In this document: positions 28,865 through 42,765 of the stretch, piece after piece
How the letters are laid out: every line of letters begins with the position of its first letter
Numbering within the stretch: position 1 is the stretch's first letter
Source: Octopus sinensis
Taxonomy: Eukaryota
Assembly: GCF_006345805.1 (NCBI RefSeq)
Contig: NC_043001.1
Span: 74,648,001 to 74,712,000 of the forward strand
Reading direction: 5' to 3'
Length of the DNA: 64,000 bases
Notes under the pieces: generated by a model
Told to the model about the DNA's origin: nothing
The model's input: only the letters and a program-made list of their open reading frames with translations
Database searches by the model: none
Translations under genes and position numbers: made by a program

Positions 28865-28895
<31 letters not shown>

Positions 28896-28905
28896 ATGAG
28901 AGAGG

Positions 28906-28937
<32 letters not shown>

Positions 28938-29061
28938 ATGAGTGAGTGAGTGAGTGAAAGAGAAATAAAGATAGAAAAGCGTGGACAGTAAATCGTAAAG
29001 TACACGTACGTCCGGTCAGTAATAACTAATTAGTAGTAGTAGTAGTAGTAGTAGTATAGTG

Positions 29062-29164
<103 letters not shown>

Positions 29165-29704
29165 CATTTATGTTGTGTAGCTTTAGGGCTACTTTGAATA
29201 AGCTAAAGGAGAATGGTCTGAACAACTGTATGTTATCCACAGATCAATAACTCAGAATGTGCAATATTTGGTTTAGGACCATGTTGCACTTCCTAACGTG
29301 CAATGATCGATTGCATATGACATATGTCTAACGTTGTGCACATATTGTTCTTATTTGTTGTCATTGTTGGTCAACCTTAATTTCAGTACGCCTTTGATCA
29401 AAGTTGTTCCAACCATAATCTTCCTGCCATTGTATAGCTTCGATTTTATTATCAATATGATATATCACTTTCAAGATAGCAGGGTATGATTTGAGGGAGA
29501 GTTCGCTACTGTTTTAGCAGATCAAGCGACTAGGGTACCAATTAGTATTTATGTAAACTGAACCGGCATAAAATTTAGTGTTTCTGTTTTAAAATATACT
29601 AACCTACCAGTTACAGGATGCAAACAATCGACCTATTCAACCGGTTGTCCGGTGCTTCAACGACACAGCTTGCAGCGATTTTTAATCCGTATTAGAAAAA
29701 GTAC

Positions 29705-29735
<31 letters not shown>

Positions 29736-30409
29736 TGTATGTATGTATGTATGTATGTATGTATGTATGTATGCATGTATGTATGCATGTATGTATGTAT
29801 GTATGTATGTATGCATGTATGCATGTATGTATGTATGTATGTATGTATGCATGTATGTATGTATGTATGTATGTATGTATGTGTGTGTGTATGTATGTAT
29901 GTATGTATGTATGTATGTATGTATGTATGCATGTATGTATGTATGTATGTATGTATGTATGTGTGTATGTATGCATGTATGTATGCATGCATGTATGTAT
30001 GTATGTGTGTATGTGTGTATGTATGTATGTATGTATGTATGTATGTATGCATGTATGTATGCATGTATGTATGTATGTATGCATGCATGCATGTATGTAT
30101 GTATGTATGTATGTATGTATGTATGTATGCATGCATGTCTGTATGCATATATGTATGTATGAATATATACATGTATGGATGCATGTATATATGTATGTTT
30201 GTAGGTATGCATATATACGTATATCATATATGCACAGACATTCTTTTATACTTTTATCTTTTTACTTGTCTCAGTCATTTGACTGGTGGGAGCGCACACA
30301 CACATACAAATATATATATATTATATATATGCATATATATATATATATATATATAATATGATTTAAACACTCCAAATACTATACAAATATACACACATAT
30401 AAATATAAG

Positions 30410-30453
<44 letters not shown>

Positions 30454-30688
30454 CATATATACACATATACATATATACATATATAATTAAGGCATTTTAG
30501 ATGAGTTTAAATATATATATATATATATGCATGTGTATGTATATATATATGTGTGTGTATGTATGTATATATGTATATATGTATGTATGTATATATGTAT
30601 GTATGTGTGTGTATATATATATATATTATATATATATATATATATTATATATATATATATGTATATATATATATAATATATATATATA

Positions 30689-30723
<35 letters not shown>

Positions 30724-30765
30724 ATATATATTATATATATATATATATATTATATATATAAAACC
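29705..30765. repeat. Long (ATGT)n and (AT)n microsatellite tracts
   Basis: Directly visible; source of the MYVC/HTYI pseudo-ORFs. Confidence 0.95.
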
Positions 30766-32258
30766 TTCAATTGATGTTGTTTGGATAAGTGGATTCTAGT
30801 ATGAATATGATCTTTTATTTTTGTTTTTCTAATTATCTGAGAGGAAGCTTTGCAATAATAGTAAATTCATTATTCCTGATTATTTTAAGACCTGCAGGCA
30901 GGAAAATGACCTCCTAACCGGAACCGCTTCTTAAAATATTAAGACCGGGATGGAAAATATCTTAAGTTCTTCACCCTATTAAAAAAAAACACACATACAA
31001 AAAAGAAAAAAAAATTCCAACAAAATTATAGGAGTTTACTTTTCTCCTAAAATAACTAGAATAATTTTCAGAAATTAATGATCTCAGAAACTCAGAAAAA
31101 CAGAGAAAAAAACAGGCGTGGTTATTTGTTAAGAAGCTTGCTTCCCTTGTACATGTAGTTGGATTTAGACCTATTGCATGACACCTTGGACAAGTGATTC
31201 TTCTATAGCTCGAAGCGATCAAAGTCTTGCGAGTGGATTTACTAAACAAAAAATAAAAGAAGCCCGTTGTGGTTATGTAGAAAGAAATTTGCTTCCCAAC
31301 CACATGGTCTCGGGTTCAGTTCCAATGCGTAGCAAACTTGAGTAAGTGTTTTCTACTATTGTCTCGAGGCGACCAAGGTAATAAGGAATTTGGTAGACGG
31401 TTGTCATAAACAACCTGTCATATATATATATATATTTAGTCGTTGTGTTTATGTCTGCTCCCCGCTACCGTTTGACAACCGGTGTTAGTGTGTTGCCATC
31501 CCTATAACTTAGTTGCTCGGGAAAAGAGTCCCACAGAATAAAATCAGACTTAAGTACGACTGAGATTCAACTAATGACTAAAACAAGTAAAAAAAATATC
31601 TATGTATCTATGAGTATGTATGTTGTATTTGTCTTTCACCACCAATTGACAATCGGTTTGTTTATGTCCTGTAACTTAGTAGTTCGGCAAAGTGAAGGAT
31701 AGAATAAGGATAAAAGGTAAAGTTAATCTCGGTGCTATTTAAACTCAGAACGTAAAGAGCCGAAAGAAATACCAACAAGCGTTTGTTCAACGCATTAACT
31801 ATTCTACCAGCTCATCACGTTTAATAATAATGCTTTCTGTTATAGGCACAAGGCCTGAAATATTTTGGTGAAGGAATTAGTCGATTTCATCGATACCGGT
31901 GTTCAGCCGATATTTATTTTATCGATTTCGAAAGGATGAAAGGAAACTGAACTCAGAACGTGAAGAACCAGAATAAATGCCGCTAAACATTTTGTTCGAC
32001 GCCCTAATTATTCTGCCAGCTCATCGCCCCACTCCTCTTACAAATACTTTTTTTACTTTAGGCACGTGGCCTGAAATTTTGCGGGAGGGGTCTTCTCTAT
32101 TCCTTCAACCTGACTGCCACTTTATTTTATCAGCCCGAAAGGATGAAGGTCAAAGTCGACCTCGGCGGTATTTGAACTCAGAACGCAAGGCGGTGCTCCA
32201 GCATAGCCGCAGTCGAAAGACTGAAACAAGTAAAAGAAATAAAAGAATAAATACGTAA

Positions 32259-32742
32259 GAAATACCTATTTCTTTACTACCCACAAGGGGCTAAACACAG
32301 AGGACAAACAAGGACAGACAAACGGATTAAGTCGATTATATCGACCCCAGTGCGTAACTAGTACGAAAGGATGAAAGGCAAGGCCGACCTCGGCGGAATT
32401 TGAACTCAGAACGTAGCGGCAGGCGAAATACCTATTTCTTTACTACCCACAAGGGGCTAAACACAGAGAGGACAAACAAAGACAGATACACGGATTAAGA
32501 ACGTAGCGGCAGACGAAATACCTATTTCTTTATTACCCACAAGGGGCTAAACATAGAGGGGACAAATAAGGACAGGCATAGGTATTAAGTCGATTACATC
32601 GACTCCAGTGCGTAACTGGTACTTAATTTATCGACCCCGAAAGGATGAAAGGTAAAGTCGACTTCGGTTGAATTTGAACTCACAACGTAACGACAGACGA
32701 AATACCGTTAAGCATTTCGACCGGCGTGCTAACGATTCTGTC
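32259..32742 (-). mobile_element. Multimeric SINE family A array
   Basis: The junction gaaatac|ctatttcttta..cccacaaggggctaaac recurs at 32259, 32426 and 32516. Confidence 0.85.
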
Positions 32743-32999
32743 TGAGAATTACTTTAGGAGACGTGTCTGTAGAATACTCAGTCATTTACACGTAAATTTA
32801 ATAAGCTGGTAATTCAGTTAATCGAATAACTTGTAACGAACTTAGTGTGTGTGAATATCTTCTCTTGTACTTTCGGGGTACAAGAAAGCAATCACTAGCC
32901 GTTGCTTTAATAATCCAGATTCTCTACCAGTCAGAAACAACAAGACGCAAACGTAATATATATATAACTACTTTATTCTCTTATGGTGAGTGATCAGTG

Positions 33000-33420
33000 G
33001 TATATCTGATGTCCTTGGTTCTGGGCGCGCAAGGCTGAAAGTTAATCGATTGTAATATTTACAATGTTTAGCCGCTAAAACTGAACGGGTTAAAGATGGC
33101 GTCCGGAACAGGGAAGATGAATGTGGTCGGCAACAATTTGGTGAAAACCTTCGGCCGACTGCTATCAGAGCTGGACAGCTAGAAAATATACGTCCGTCGC
33201 CTTCGTCGCTGCCGTCCCAAGTCCCCGCTGACTGCTGCTAGTGGTCAAACGTTCTACGACCCCCTTGCCTCGCTAACTACCACGTAGGCAAAAGGGTCGT
33301 GCTTCCGGTGGTTCGCGTATGCGCGAGAGGGCCCTTCCTTTCTGTGCCTTGGTGAAGGCACCAACACTCGCACGCGCGAAAATAGAAAATGGACGGTGCG
33401 CGCGCGCGCACCGTTATAGG
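33000..33420. promoter_or_regulatory. CpG/GC-rich island (candidate alternative promoter or structured RNA)
   Basis: Abrupt GC/CpG rise; YY1-like aagatggcg at about 33093, ETS-like cttccgg at 33302, 22-bp palindrome at 33393-33414. Confidence 0.35.
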
Positions 33421-33690
33421 ATCACTACAAACTTAAGCCTCATCGTCGAAACTAACGAGTAACCATCTTTGTGCGTATGTGTATTTCTATGAGTTATATG
33501 AGTGTATGTGTATGAGTTCATGTGTGTGTTTGTGAGAGTGAAAGAGAGAGAGAAAGAGTGTGTGCGTGTGCGCGCGTGTGTGTGTGTGTTGTCAAATGAC
33601 ATTAAATTCCAAAATATCTAACCACTCTAACTCACCAATGTCTCTGCTCTTGCTTATTAAAATAATTATATTTCAAAATTTTCTTTGAAG

Positions 33691-33800
33691 AGACAACAGT
33701 TTCTAAACGGGCCATTGGCGTCATTAAATATCCTGATCTATTAGTGGATTATGCTTGTAAAGCCAGGGAGAATGTATACGATGCAGTTCTCAATAAGAAC
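33691..33800 (+). CDS. ACCS: ACCS-like exon (TTVSKRAIGVIKYPDLLVDYACKARENVYDAVLNKN); exact acceptor uncertain
   Basis: Matches the ACS/ACCS N-terminal 'LSxR...xYD..xNPxG' region; donor |GTAAGT in phase 0. Alternative AGs end at 33690, 33692 and 33699. Confidence 0.75.
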
Positions 33801-34046
33801 GTAAGTATCTATCGTACTTATTTTCGAATTAAATTTTATCTTTTACTGTTTCTGTCAGCGAACTGCTGTCATGCTAGAGTAACCACCTAGAAGGGCATCA
33901 ATCGAATGAATCGACACTAATGCCTAATTTTTAAGTACTGATACTTTTTCAATCGGCCTCTTGTGCCGAACCGCTATGTTATAGGAACGAAAACAAACCA
34001 TCACTGGATGTCAAGTAATGGTGGGGTCATGCAAATGCAAAGACAA

Positions 34047-34119
<73 letters not shown>

Positions 34120-35945
34120 GTTTGTCTGTCTGTTTATCTATCTATCTATCTATTTGCAAATATATACAACAGGTTTTTTCAGTTTCCGCCTACCAAATCC
34201 ACTCACAAAGCTTTGGTCGGCTTGGAGCTATAGTAGAAGACACCTGCTCAAAGTGCCACGTAGTGGGACCGAACCTGGAACCATGCAGTTAGGAAGCGAA
34301 CTTGCTACCACACAGCATCTTGGCTATTATAAAGTACAGCCAACTCTCACACTATATGAACGAGTATGACATAGTAGCTTGTACAAATTCTTTCTCTTAT
34401 TGATTTAGGTGCCTGTGTAGTAGCAAACAGACATAAATACATTTTCAGCCCTCCCACACTTGACACATCAGAATATCTAGGACACAACACTGGCAGGAGA
34501 AAGGACTGGATGACCATGTGGCTAATACTTATTTACAGTTGAGCTTCTAACTCCAGTGACAGTGTTGATAATTTACATATTGGTGTTAGTTTCACGACTG
34601 TGACAAAATTGGTTTCAAGTTTTGGCACAAGGCCAACAATTTAGGGGAGGAGTAAGTCGATTACATCGATCCCAGTGCGTAACTGGTACTTATTTTATCG
34701 ACCCTGAAAGGATGAAAGGTAAAGTCTACTTCGGCGGAATTTGAACTCAGAACGTAGCGGCAGACGAAATAGCCCTAAGCATTTCGCCCGGCGTGCTACG
34801 TTTCTGCCAGCTCGCAGCCTTATAACTGTGACAGTATTAAGGACTGAGTTGCATATTGTATCGTCATCCAGTATAGGAATTGGACCCGAGACCTTATGTC
34901 TATGGGCTGAATACTCAGTTATACGCCATAGAAACCAAGTAACCGGTCCCGTGTGTCCCATAACTCGATACAGTTACGCCTATGGGATTCTCTTTATTTT
35001 CTGGTGGTAGAAGGATTTGGTCTAAACTACAATCAAAAGCTAATTTACTTTAAATTTTGAGTCCTGCATTTCACAATCAGTAATGGCTTTGTTTTCTCTG
35101 TTCGCTTCTGTTTTGTTCAGCCTTATCAAATTGTGGCCATGTAGTAGCTTTTATTGCCATCATCTCAGCGTAGTATTTCTGCAATTTCATTGTCAGTTTG
35201 TATTTATTTTGTTCATCTCAGTTTCTGCTGTTTGTTTTCTTATCACAGACGGCGTAATGGCTGAGTCGGTACAGCTGGAAAGAGTGTCTCACAGTATTTG
35301 TTCTGACTCACTACCCTATGAGTTCAAATCCAGCCGAGCTCAACTGTGTTTTTCATACTTTCATGCTCGATAAAAAAGTACCAATTCAGCGTAGAGGATT
35401 AGCGAAACTATCAGAAAATCGGCTCTTTGTATGTATATGTTTCGGCTCTTTGCGTTCTGAGTTCAAATTCCACCATGGCCTTTTGGGCGGTAGATTTAAT
35501 GTCAAAAGTTTGGCATTTTTGGTGCTTTTAGTGGACCCCACTGTGTTAGAGGGATTCGGGCCATATCGCCAGTTCAAGGATTCTCCTTTCCTTCCCGCCT
35601 CCCACCAGTCTTGGAGGCCCTGTAAAGGGTCACGAGAGCTGCCTTCTTTCCTGACTAACAATAAATAAATAGCTGAATGATATCATCATTTTTATCTTTT
35701 ACTTGTTTCAATCATTGGACTGCGGCTAGGCTGGGGCAGCGTCTTGAACGGTTTTAGTATAAGAAATCGATCCCAGCAATTATGGTCATTTAAAAGAAAA
35801 TCTGGTACTTATTCTATCGATTTTGTTTGCCAAACCGCTAAGTTACAGTTTTGTAAATACACTAATACCGGCCACCAAGCAGTGGGTGTGGGTATAACAA
35901 GCACAAACGCAGACATAAACACACACAGATATGTATATGTATATG

Positions 35946-36020
<75 letters not shown>

Positions 36021-36433
36021 TTAGGGAGTAAATCCAAACTTACAGGGAAAAGTTAGATTTAGGATTAAATCCAATTTTATAGTATAAATATATATTATGT
36101 TAAATTAGAGATAAAACCACTATTAGGCAAATCAAACAGTGAAAATCATAAGCCAATACATAGAAATAAAATTAATTAAAAAATATATAAAAAATATATA
36201 ATATAAAATATAAAATTCCAATTAAAATATTTAAATTAAAGTTAAAATTTAAAAAAATTATTTAAATTAATAATTTAAATTTATAAATTATAAATATATA
36301 TATATATTTTTTATTATTATTTTATTTAATTATTTATTTTTTATTTTTATTTATATTTTTTATTTTTTATTTTTTATATATTTTTTAATTAATTTTATTT
36401 GATTTGCCTAATAGTGGTTTTATCTCTAATTTA

Positions 36434-36477
<44 letters not shown>

Positions 36478-36793
36478 GCTTCCACACGGTTTCCGTCCAC
36501 CAAATTCACACACTAGGCGTTGGGGTCGGCCTGAGACTTGTAGAAGACACTTGCACAAAGTGCGTCCCGTAATGCGACTAAACCCGAAACCGTAAGGTTG
36601 AAAAGTCAGCTTTAAAACCTTAGACTTATATGGCAGCTGTAGTTTTTATTGGCTGCTTTGGAGAAAATAGATTTTTGTTTTGTTCGCTTTGTTACTTTTT
36701 GCATTCATTTTTTTCCTTTAGTGTTTACATGACATTTTTCTCGTTCCGCCCTGTGGATCCAGATAGTTTCTGTTTCATGATGGCTAGCATTGA

Positions 36794-37252
36794 TGACAGT
36801 GTGTCATATTGGCTTCAAATTTTGCACAAGGCTACAGTTTTAGGGAGTGGCGTTTAAATCGATTACATAAACCCCAGGATTCAACTGGTACTTATTTCAT
36901 CGACCTGGAAAGGATGACAGGCAAAGTCGACCTCGGCGGAATTTGAACTCTGAACGTATAGACAGTCGAAATGCCGCTAAGCATCTTGCCGGCGTGCTAA
37001 AGATTCTGCCAGCTCGCCTCCTTATGACAGTGTGTTATATTGATTTCAAATTTTGGAACAAGGCCAGAAATTTAGGGCAGGGGTAAATCGAGTACATCGC
37101 CCCTCAGAGCTCAGCTGGTACTTATTTTATCGACGAAGACGACCTTGGAGGTATTTGAACTCAGAACGTAATGACGGACAAAATGCCGCTAAGCATTTTG
37201 CCCGGCGTGGTGACGATTCCGCCAGCTCACTGCCTTATGACAGTGTGTCATT
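36794..37252 (-). mobile_element. Two tandem SINE family A copies separated and flanked by the same ~15-bp site
   Basis: atgacagtgtgt(c/t)at at 36794, 37024 and 37237. Confidence 0.75.
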
Positions 37253-39004
37253 TTAACGGATGTGGTGGTAGCTTACGTATATAACCTATATTATACTGAA
37301 GTTAAAGAAAAAAAAACAATTTGTCAGAGTGGAGAAAAACTATTTGATAAGATTGGTCCCAAATCCTTTGACGGAATTGGAGAAGGAGATTCAACAAAAG
37401 GAAACGGAAATCTATTGCTTATCTCTGATTGGTTAGTTTATCTTTGTTACAGATGCAACGGCAGTTGGTATTACCGAAAATATCTTCTGAGAACAAAGTA
37501 ATTACCAAGCGGATTCGTACATATTTATACATTTAATCTATTTAATTCGTATATCTATACACGAAGCAATTGTAATTACGTAATATAATTAAGCCCCCTT
37601 TTCTTTTGATATTTACATAGAATTTTATACACTTAATAACCAAAGATAATTACTACTTATAATCTTCAAGATATGGAATTTTAGGGACCAGTCATAGCCT
37701 GACACCAGAAAATATACGATAGTATTCTTTGATTCATTGATTCTTTGACTTATTCCAGTAATTAGACTGCAGGCATGCTGGTGCCCCGCCTACATACATA
37801 CACATGCACACGCACGCACACACACACGCGCACACACACACATACGACGGGCTTCTTTCAGTTTCCGTCTACCAAGTCCACTCACAAGGCTTCAGTCGGC
37901 CTGGGGCACTTGCCTAAGGTGTTGCACTGTATGACTAAACCCGGAACCATGTGGTTGAGAAGCAAACTTGTCACACAGTCACACCTGCGCCTACGACAGC
38001 ATTTCTTTGGGGGGGTATTCCATTCTTTATTGTATCCTGATTCGTGGTTAGGTATTATTTATTGCTCACACACAAACTTGGCATCCTGTTTGTTCATAAT
38101 ACTAGAAACAAGAGTCTTCATGGTTTTTGGTATTTTACGCAATTGCAAGTCTTTAAATCTCTAGTCACGAGAAACGATGGTAAATACGTTTGTAATCTTT
38201 GTAATCTATACATTCTCTAATATTAATTCATCAGTAAGGCGGTGGATGTGGCAGAATCGTTAGTACGCCGGGCAAATGCTAAGCGCCATTTCTTCCGTCT
38301 TTATGTTCTAATTCTGTCGAGGTCAGATTTGCCTTTCAACCTTTCGGGATCCATAAAGTAAGAACCACTTACGCACTGGGGTCAATGCAATCGATTTACT
38401 CGCCCCACTCGTCCCTCGGAATCGCTGGCATTGCGTCAAAACTTGAAACCAATATTAATTAATCAGCGTTGCGATCTTTGTGGTCCATAGTTGATGCTCA
38501 TTCAGAGAATAAGTGGAACAAAGTGTATTGAAATTGTATGTCTGCTTACCATAAATTTAGAAAAATGTAGCAGTCGGTCATTCTATCCAAATATGAAATT
38601 AATGTCAATTTGGAAGATTCATTTACAATACAAATTCATAAAAGCAAAACGTAAGAAAACAACATAGTGTTTTCTATTATAGTTTCGGATCAACCAAAGC
38701 ATTCTTCATATACAAGAAAGTTACCGGACAACACGTGTTATGAGTGAACAGTCCAACGGAAATGCATGCAGAACTGAAAATCATTGGAAGCTAACCCCAT
38801 GAGTCAGTCTGAAAGTAGGCTTCATCAGAATTATTCGTGATCATTTATTACCTTAAATTTCAGTAAACCAGAATCCTCTACTTAAAACTACTTGATGTAT
38901 AAATCTATATTGTTCCGTTCATGTTTTAATTGACATGTCTAGAACATGTTAATGATTTTAGAACAGGTTAAATATTTTTTTAATAAAAGGTAAATGAATT
39001 TGTC

Positions 39005-39265
39005 AGATGAAAAATTCCAGCAACGTGCCTGCATCAAATTTTGTACGAACTCACAAAGTCAGCGGCCGAGGCCCTCTCAATAGTTCCTCAGATTTTTAGC
39101 AAAGATACAAGTTGAACATAGCTTTTTAAGTGAGATGCGGCTTTCAATACTGATCGAGGGTAGCTTCAAGATGGTGAGCTTTTAGGGACCAGTCACTAGT
39201 CAGATACTAGAAAATGTGGGAAAAATCGAGACCACTTTAAAGGCCATTGCCGAACAATCTACCAG
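39005..39265 (+). pseudogene. Mariner transposase N-terminal fragment
   Basis: QQRACIKFC followed by KSAAEAL and remnants of the GRPxT...ENV region. Confidence 0.5.
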
Positions 39266-39791
39266 CTCTCTTATATGACTCGTTACCTATTGAAGCTTTT
39301 CGTGATAGTTTCCCGACAGATTCCATAACCAATTCCAGCTACATAAACTAACACTTATCCACACAGTGCCGTCAAACTGTAACTAAATAACTGCATGGTT
39401 AAGTTAATTTCACAGCTATATGCTTAAGAGTTCGGTTCTATTACACGGCACCTTAGTCAAGTGTTTTCTATCCTAGTTTCGGATCAAAGAGTTTTCTATC
39501 ATAGTTTCAGACCAAGACCTTGTAAGGGGAATTTGCTTGTTAGAAACAATGTGGAAGTCTTCCCGAGAGAAGATTAACTATTCTAGGTTGGTTGTAGACT
39601 TATAAAACAGTATACTTAACACCTTTACCTGTCCTCTAGTAGAATACACTCTGTAGCAAGCATCCGGATTTAGTCTTTCGTTCGAGGATATTTTCTTTCC
39701 TCCTACTTACATGGGAGGCCGTAAAAGTATGTGTTACTTTCTCTACTGTAACAAACTCTCTCTCCTTCCCTCCTTCTCCTCTCTCTGTATA

Positions 39792-39841
<50 letters not shown>

Positions 39842-40234
39842 ATGTATGTGTGTATGTGTGTGTACGTATGCGCACACACACACACACACACATACATATA
39901 TAAAACCTCTGACGAAGCCTAGAGAAACACCCAAGTACCTCAATTTCACCTACTTATTACTTCAGTCTACTGGAGGAATAAAGGTAGAATGAGGTATTTT
40001 TGCCTCTTTGCTGAAACAGCTGCAATGTATTTTCCCAATTTATATTCCTGTATGTTATATTTTAATAAGTACTGGTATCCTTATATATTAATATATTTTA
40101 TATGTAAAGCATAATATGTTATACATGTTTGTATATTCTTGTAATTGTCATTTTAGTAAATAAATAAATAAGTTGACATAATATAATGACTAAAAATTGA
40201 TGAACCACCTATTGATCCCCTCCATTTTCTTATT

Positions 40235-40300
<66 letters not shown>

Positions 40301-40748
40301 GTGTATATAATTTTGAGGAGAACCTCAACAACATACGTACATAAACATACAACACATACACATACGCACACATGTATATATTAATATACAAAAGAGTAGT
40401 ATAAAATATGAAGTCAAAGAATCGTGCGGCTAGCACAGTAAGTTCTTCATTCGGAATCGGCTATTAGTCCACGTAGTAATCAGTTACAATGTAATGTAAT
40501 GTGCCCATGTAACTGAAATTGCAGTAAGTCCGAGCAATAAAATTTTTATCACGGAATCATGATGTTTTGGTGCTTTGGTAATTTATTCGCATTAATTTGT
40601 GAATATACAATTGTTTTATATAATGCAAGTATGTATCTATAATGAAATTAATAGATCTAAGTGATGAAGGTAACAAAAACGACTATAATCATATGAAAGC
40701 TGTATGGTTAATAAATCTCTCTTCACCTTGCACACTTCCTGATTCTAT

Positions 40749-40789
<41 letters not shown>

Positions 40790-41187
40790 GCATTCCTGCC
40801 TGATCTTTGTCTGTCTGTCTGTCTGTCTCTCACTCTCTCTCTCTCTACATGCCAGCCTAATGTTTGTCTGTTTCTCTCTGTTTCTCTCTCTCTCTCTCTC
40901 TACATATGTGTGTGTGTGTGTATAAAGATATAATAAAGATATAATTTTCTCTGTACGTGTTTTCTGTTGTCAAACACTCTGAATTTCTCGAAATTCTACA
41001 AAAGGATATTTGGATTTACCTGTCAAACATGAGGATTTACCAGGGATATGTATTCTACTTACATTTACTGGTATCTGGTTGTTGAACTTTTATAAGCAAA
41101 CTATTTTAATACTGGGTGCTTTATTGATATCTGCGAAGATCTTTTAATCCTACTGACCGCGTGTGTTTGGATCTTTCCTTTTCCTAT

Positions 41188-41222
41188 GTTTCTGACGAAG
41201 AGCTCCGCTTGAAACGTTATAC
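41188..41222 (+). ncRNA. Minimal hammerhead ribozyme motif (Penelope-like remnant, about 41130-41325)
   Basis: gttt-CTGACGA-a-gagc(tcc)gctt-GAAAC-GTT-atac; one mismatch in stem I. Confidence 0.5.
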
Positions 41223-41420
41223 CCCCCTTCTTGCCTTCCTTCCTGAGCGTCCAATAATACTATACTTGTTCCACGTCCTCGCATTGTTGTGTTTTCTCTT
41301 TGTGTTTTCATGTTTGAATTAACTATATATATATATATATAAATGGGAGAACTGACATTCTATTTTACCTCTCTTCCTTCAATATGTTAAGAACCTTGGG
41401 TTTTGCTTCTCTTCCAACAG

Positions 41421-41480
41421 GGAATCATAGATCTTGGACTGGCTGAAAATACACTGTGTGAGGATATGATTCTAAAAAAA
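41421..41480 (+). CDS. ACCS: ACCS-like exon (GIIDLGLAENTLCEDMILKK)
   Basis: CAG| acceptor, |GTAAGT donor, phase 0/0; matches the ACS motif G(V/I)IxxGLAEN. Confidence 0.93.
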
Positions 41481-41533
41481 GTAAGTTTATTATCAAGAAA
41501 TGTTACAGTACTGAACTTACACGCATTATTGAT

Positions 41534-41578
<45 letters not shown>

Positions 41579-41600
41579 TAATAATAATAATAACGATGAA

Positions 41601-41642
<42 letters not shown>

Positions 41643-41867
41643 AATAATAAACCTGCTCTTGAGAAAAGATACTTAGGGCTCAGAATTTTTTTTAGGTAGA
41701 GTAGCCCATCATGGTCAAAAGGTCCCTGAATAAGCTAATTGTATGGAGTAGTAGAAAATATGAGAAGCCTTATATGGAATAGCATGAAATGCTGGAGAAG
41801 AGAATTGACAGCAGGATATCAAGTATGCAAGACTCCAGGAACTCCAAAAAAACCTGTGATAAAGAGA

Positions 41868-41954
<87 letters not shown>

Positions 41955-42691
41955 AAGAATCCTTCTACTATAGGCCGGAAATTTTGAGTGAGGGAAGTAG
42001 TCAATTACATCGATCAAGTGATATGGTACTTATTTTGTCGAAACTGAAAGGATGAAAGGTAAAGCACGTCGACATTTGAATTCATAAAATACAAATGTAG
42101 AAGAAATGCCGCTACGTATTTTGTCCGACACACTAACGATTATGTCATGAATAATACTAAATTTACTTTGTAAATTTCTGAAAACAAACAGAAAGGCTAT
42201 TAGGGAAAGTCGTTAAAACAAGTTGTAATATACAATTAACTCGGTGTACTTAACGATGTATCATGACGGGGTTTTAGCAATATAGTTTCCCAGTTGTTTA
42301 TCCGTTATTGTTATGATTAACGGTCTAAACCGAAAAGACATACTTAATTTGTGATTAAAACAATACGTTAGGTTTTTTATGTAAACAAACATATTAATAG
42401 ATAAGTAAATATATAAATAAATAAGCAAATAAACGTTTTGTTAGATTTTAACCAATCAGAATCCTTTATATAAACCTACCTAATGTGTAAATCATTGTTG
42501 TAAAGTTTGTTTAAACCAATAGTTTTGATATTGTAGAGTCTTCTTATATTGTTATTTTTATAATATATATTAATATATTTAAATATATGTCAGTGTATTT
42601 AGAATATATGCTAATATTCTAAATGTTGTTCTTTTAAATTTAGATTGCTTAATTCAACGATTTTTTTTCTTTTCTCACATTATTTCTTCAG

Positions 42692-42765
42692 TTAAACGAT
42701 ATCCACTCGAAAATTAAGATTCAACATGAAGACCTTTATTACTTCAAAAACCACGGCAGTGACAA
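42692..42765 (+). CDS. ACCS: ACCS-like exon (LNDIHSKIKIQHEDLYYFKNHGSD-K)
   Basis: Polypyrimidine tract plus CAG, |GTAAAT donor, phase 0/2; YxxxHG motif. Confidence 0.85.

Noticed and set aside
29652-30361. Longest ORFs (up to 234 aa; MYVC/HTYI/YI repeats) here and at 9.5, 12-13, 20-22, 28 and 59 kb
   Set aside because: They are translations of stop-free microsatellites with no coding signature.
32259-32742. CRISPR-like repeat/spacer appearance
   Set aside because: The intervening sequences are homologous SINE parts, the context is eukaryotic and there are no cas genes.
33215-33340. RNase MRP or telomerase RNA similarity (aagtccccg, cgctgact)
   Set aside because: I found no complementary P4 partner strand and no CUAACCCU template; only short chance matches.
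37452-37497. Exon candidate MQRQLVLPKISSENK (also 38683-38800)
   Set aside because: The ACCS-like alignment is already continuous across 33800/41421, and these segments have weak donors or in-frame stops.
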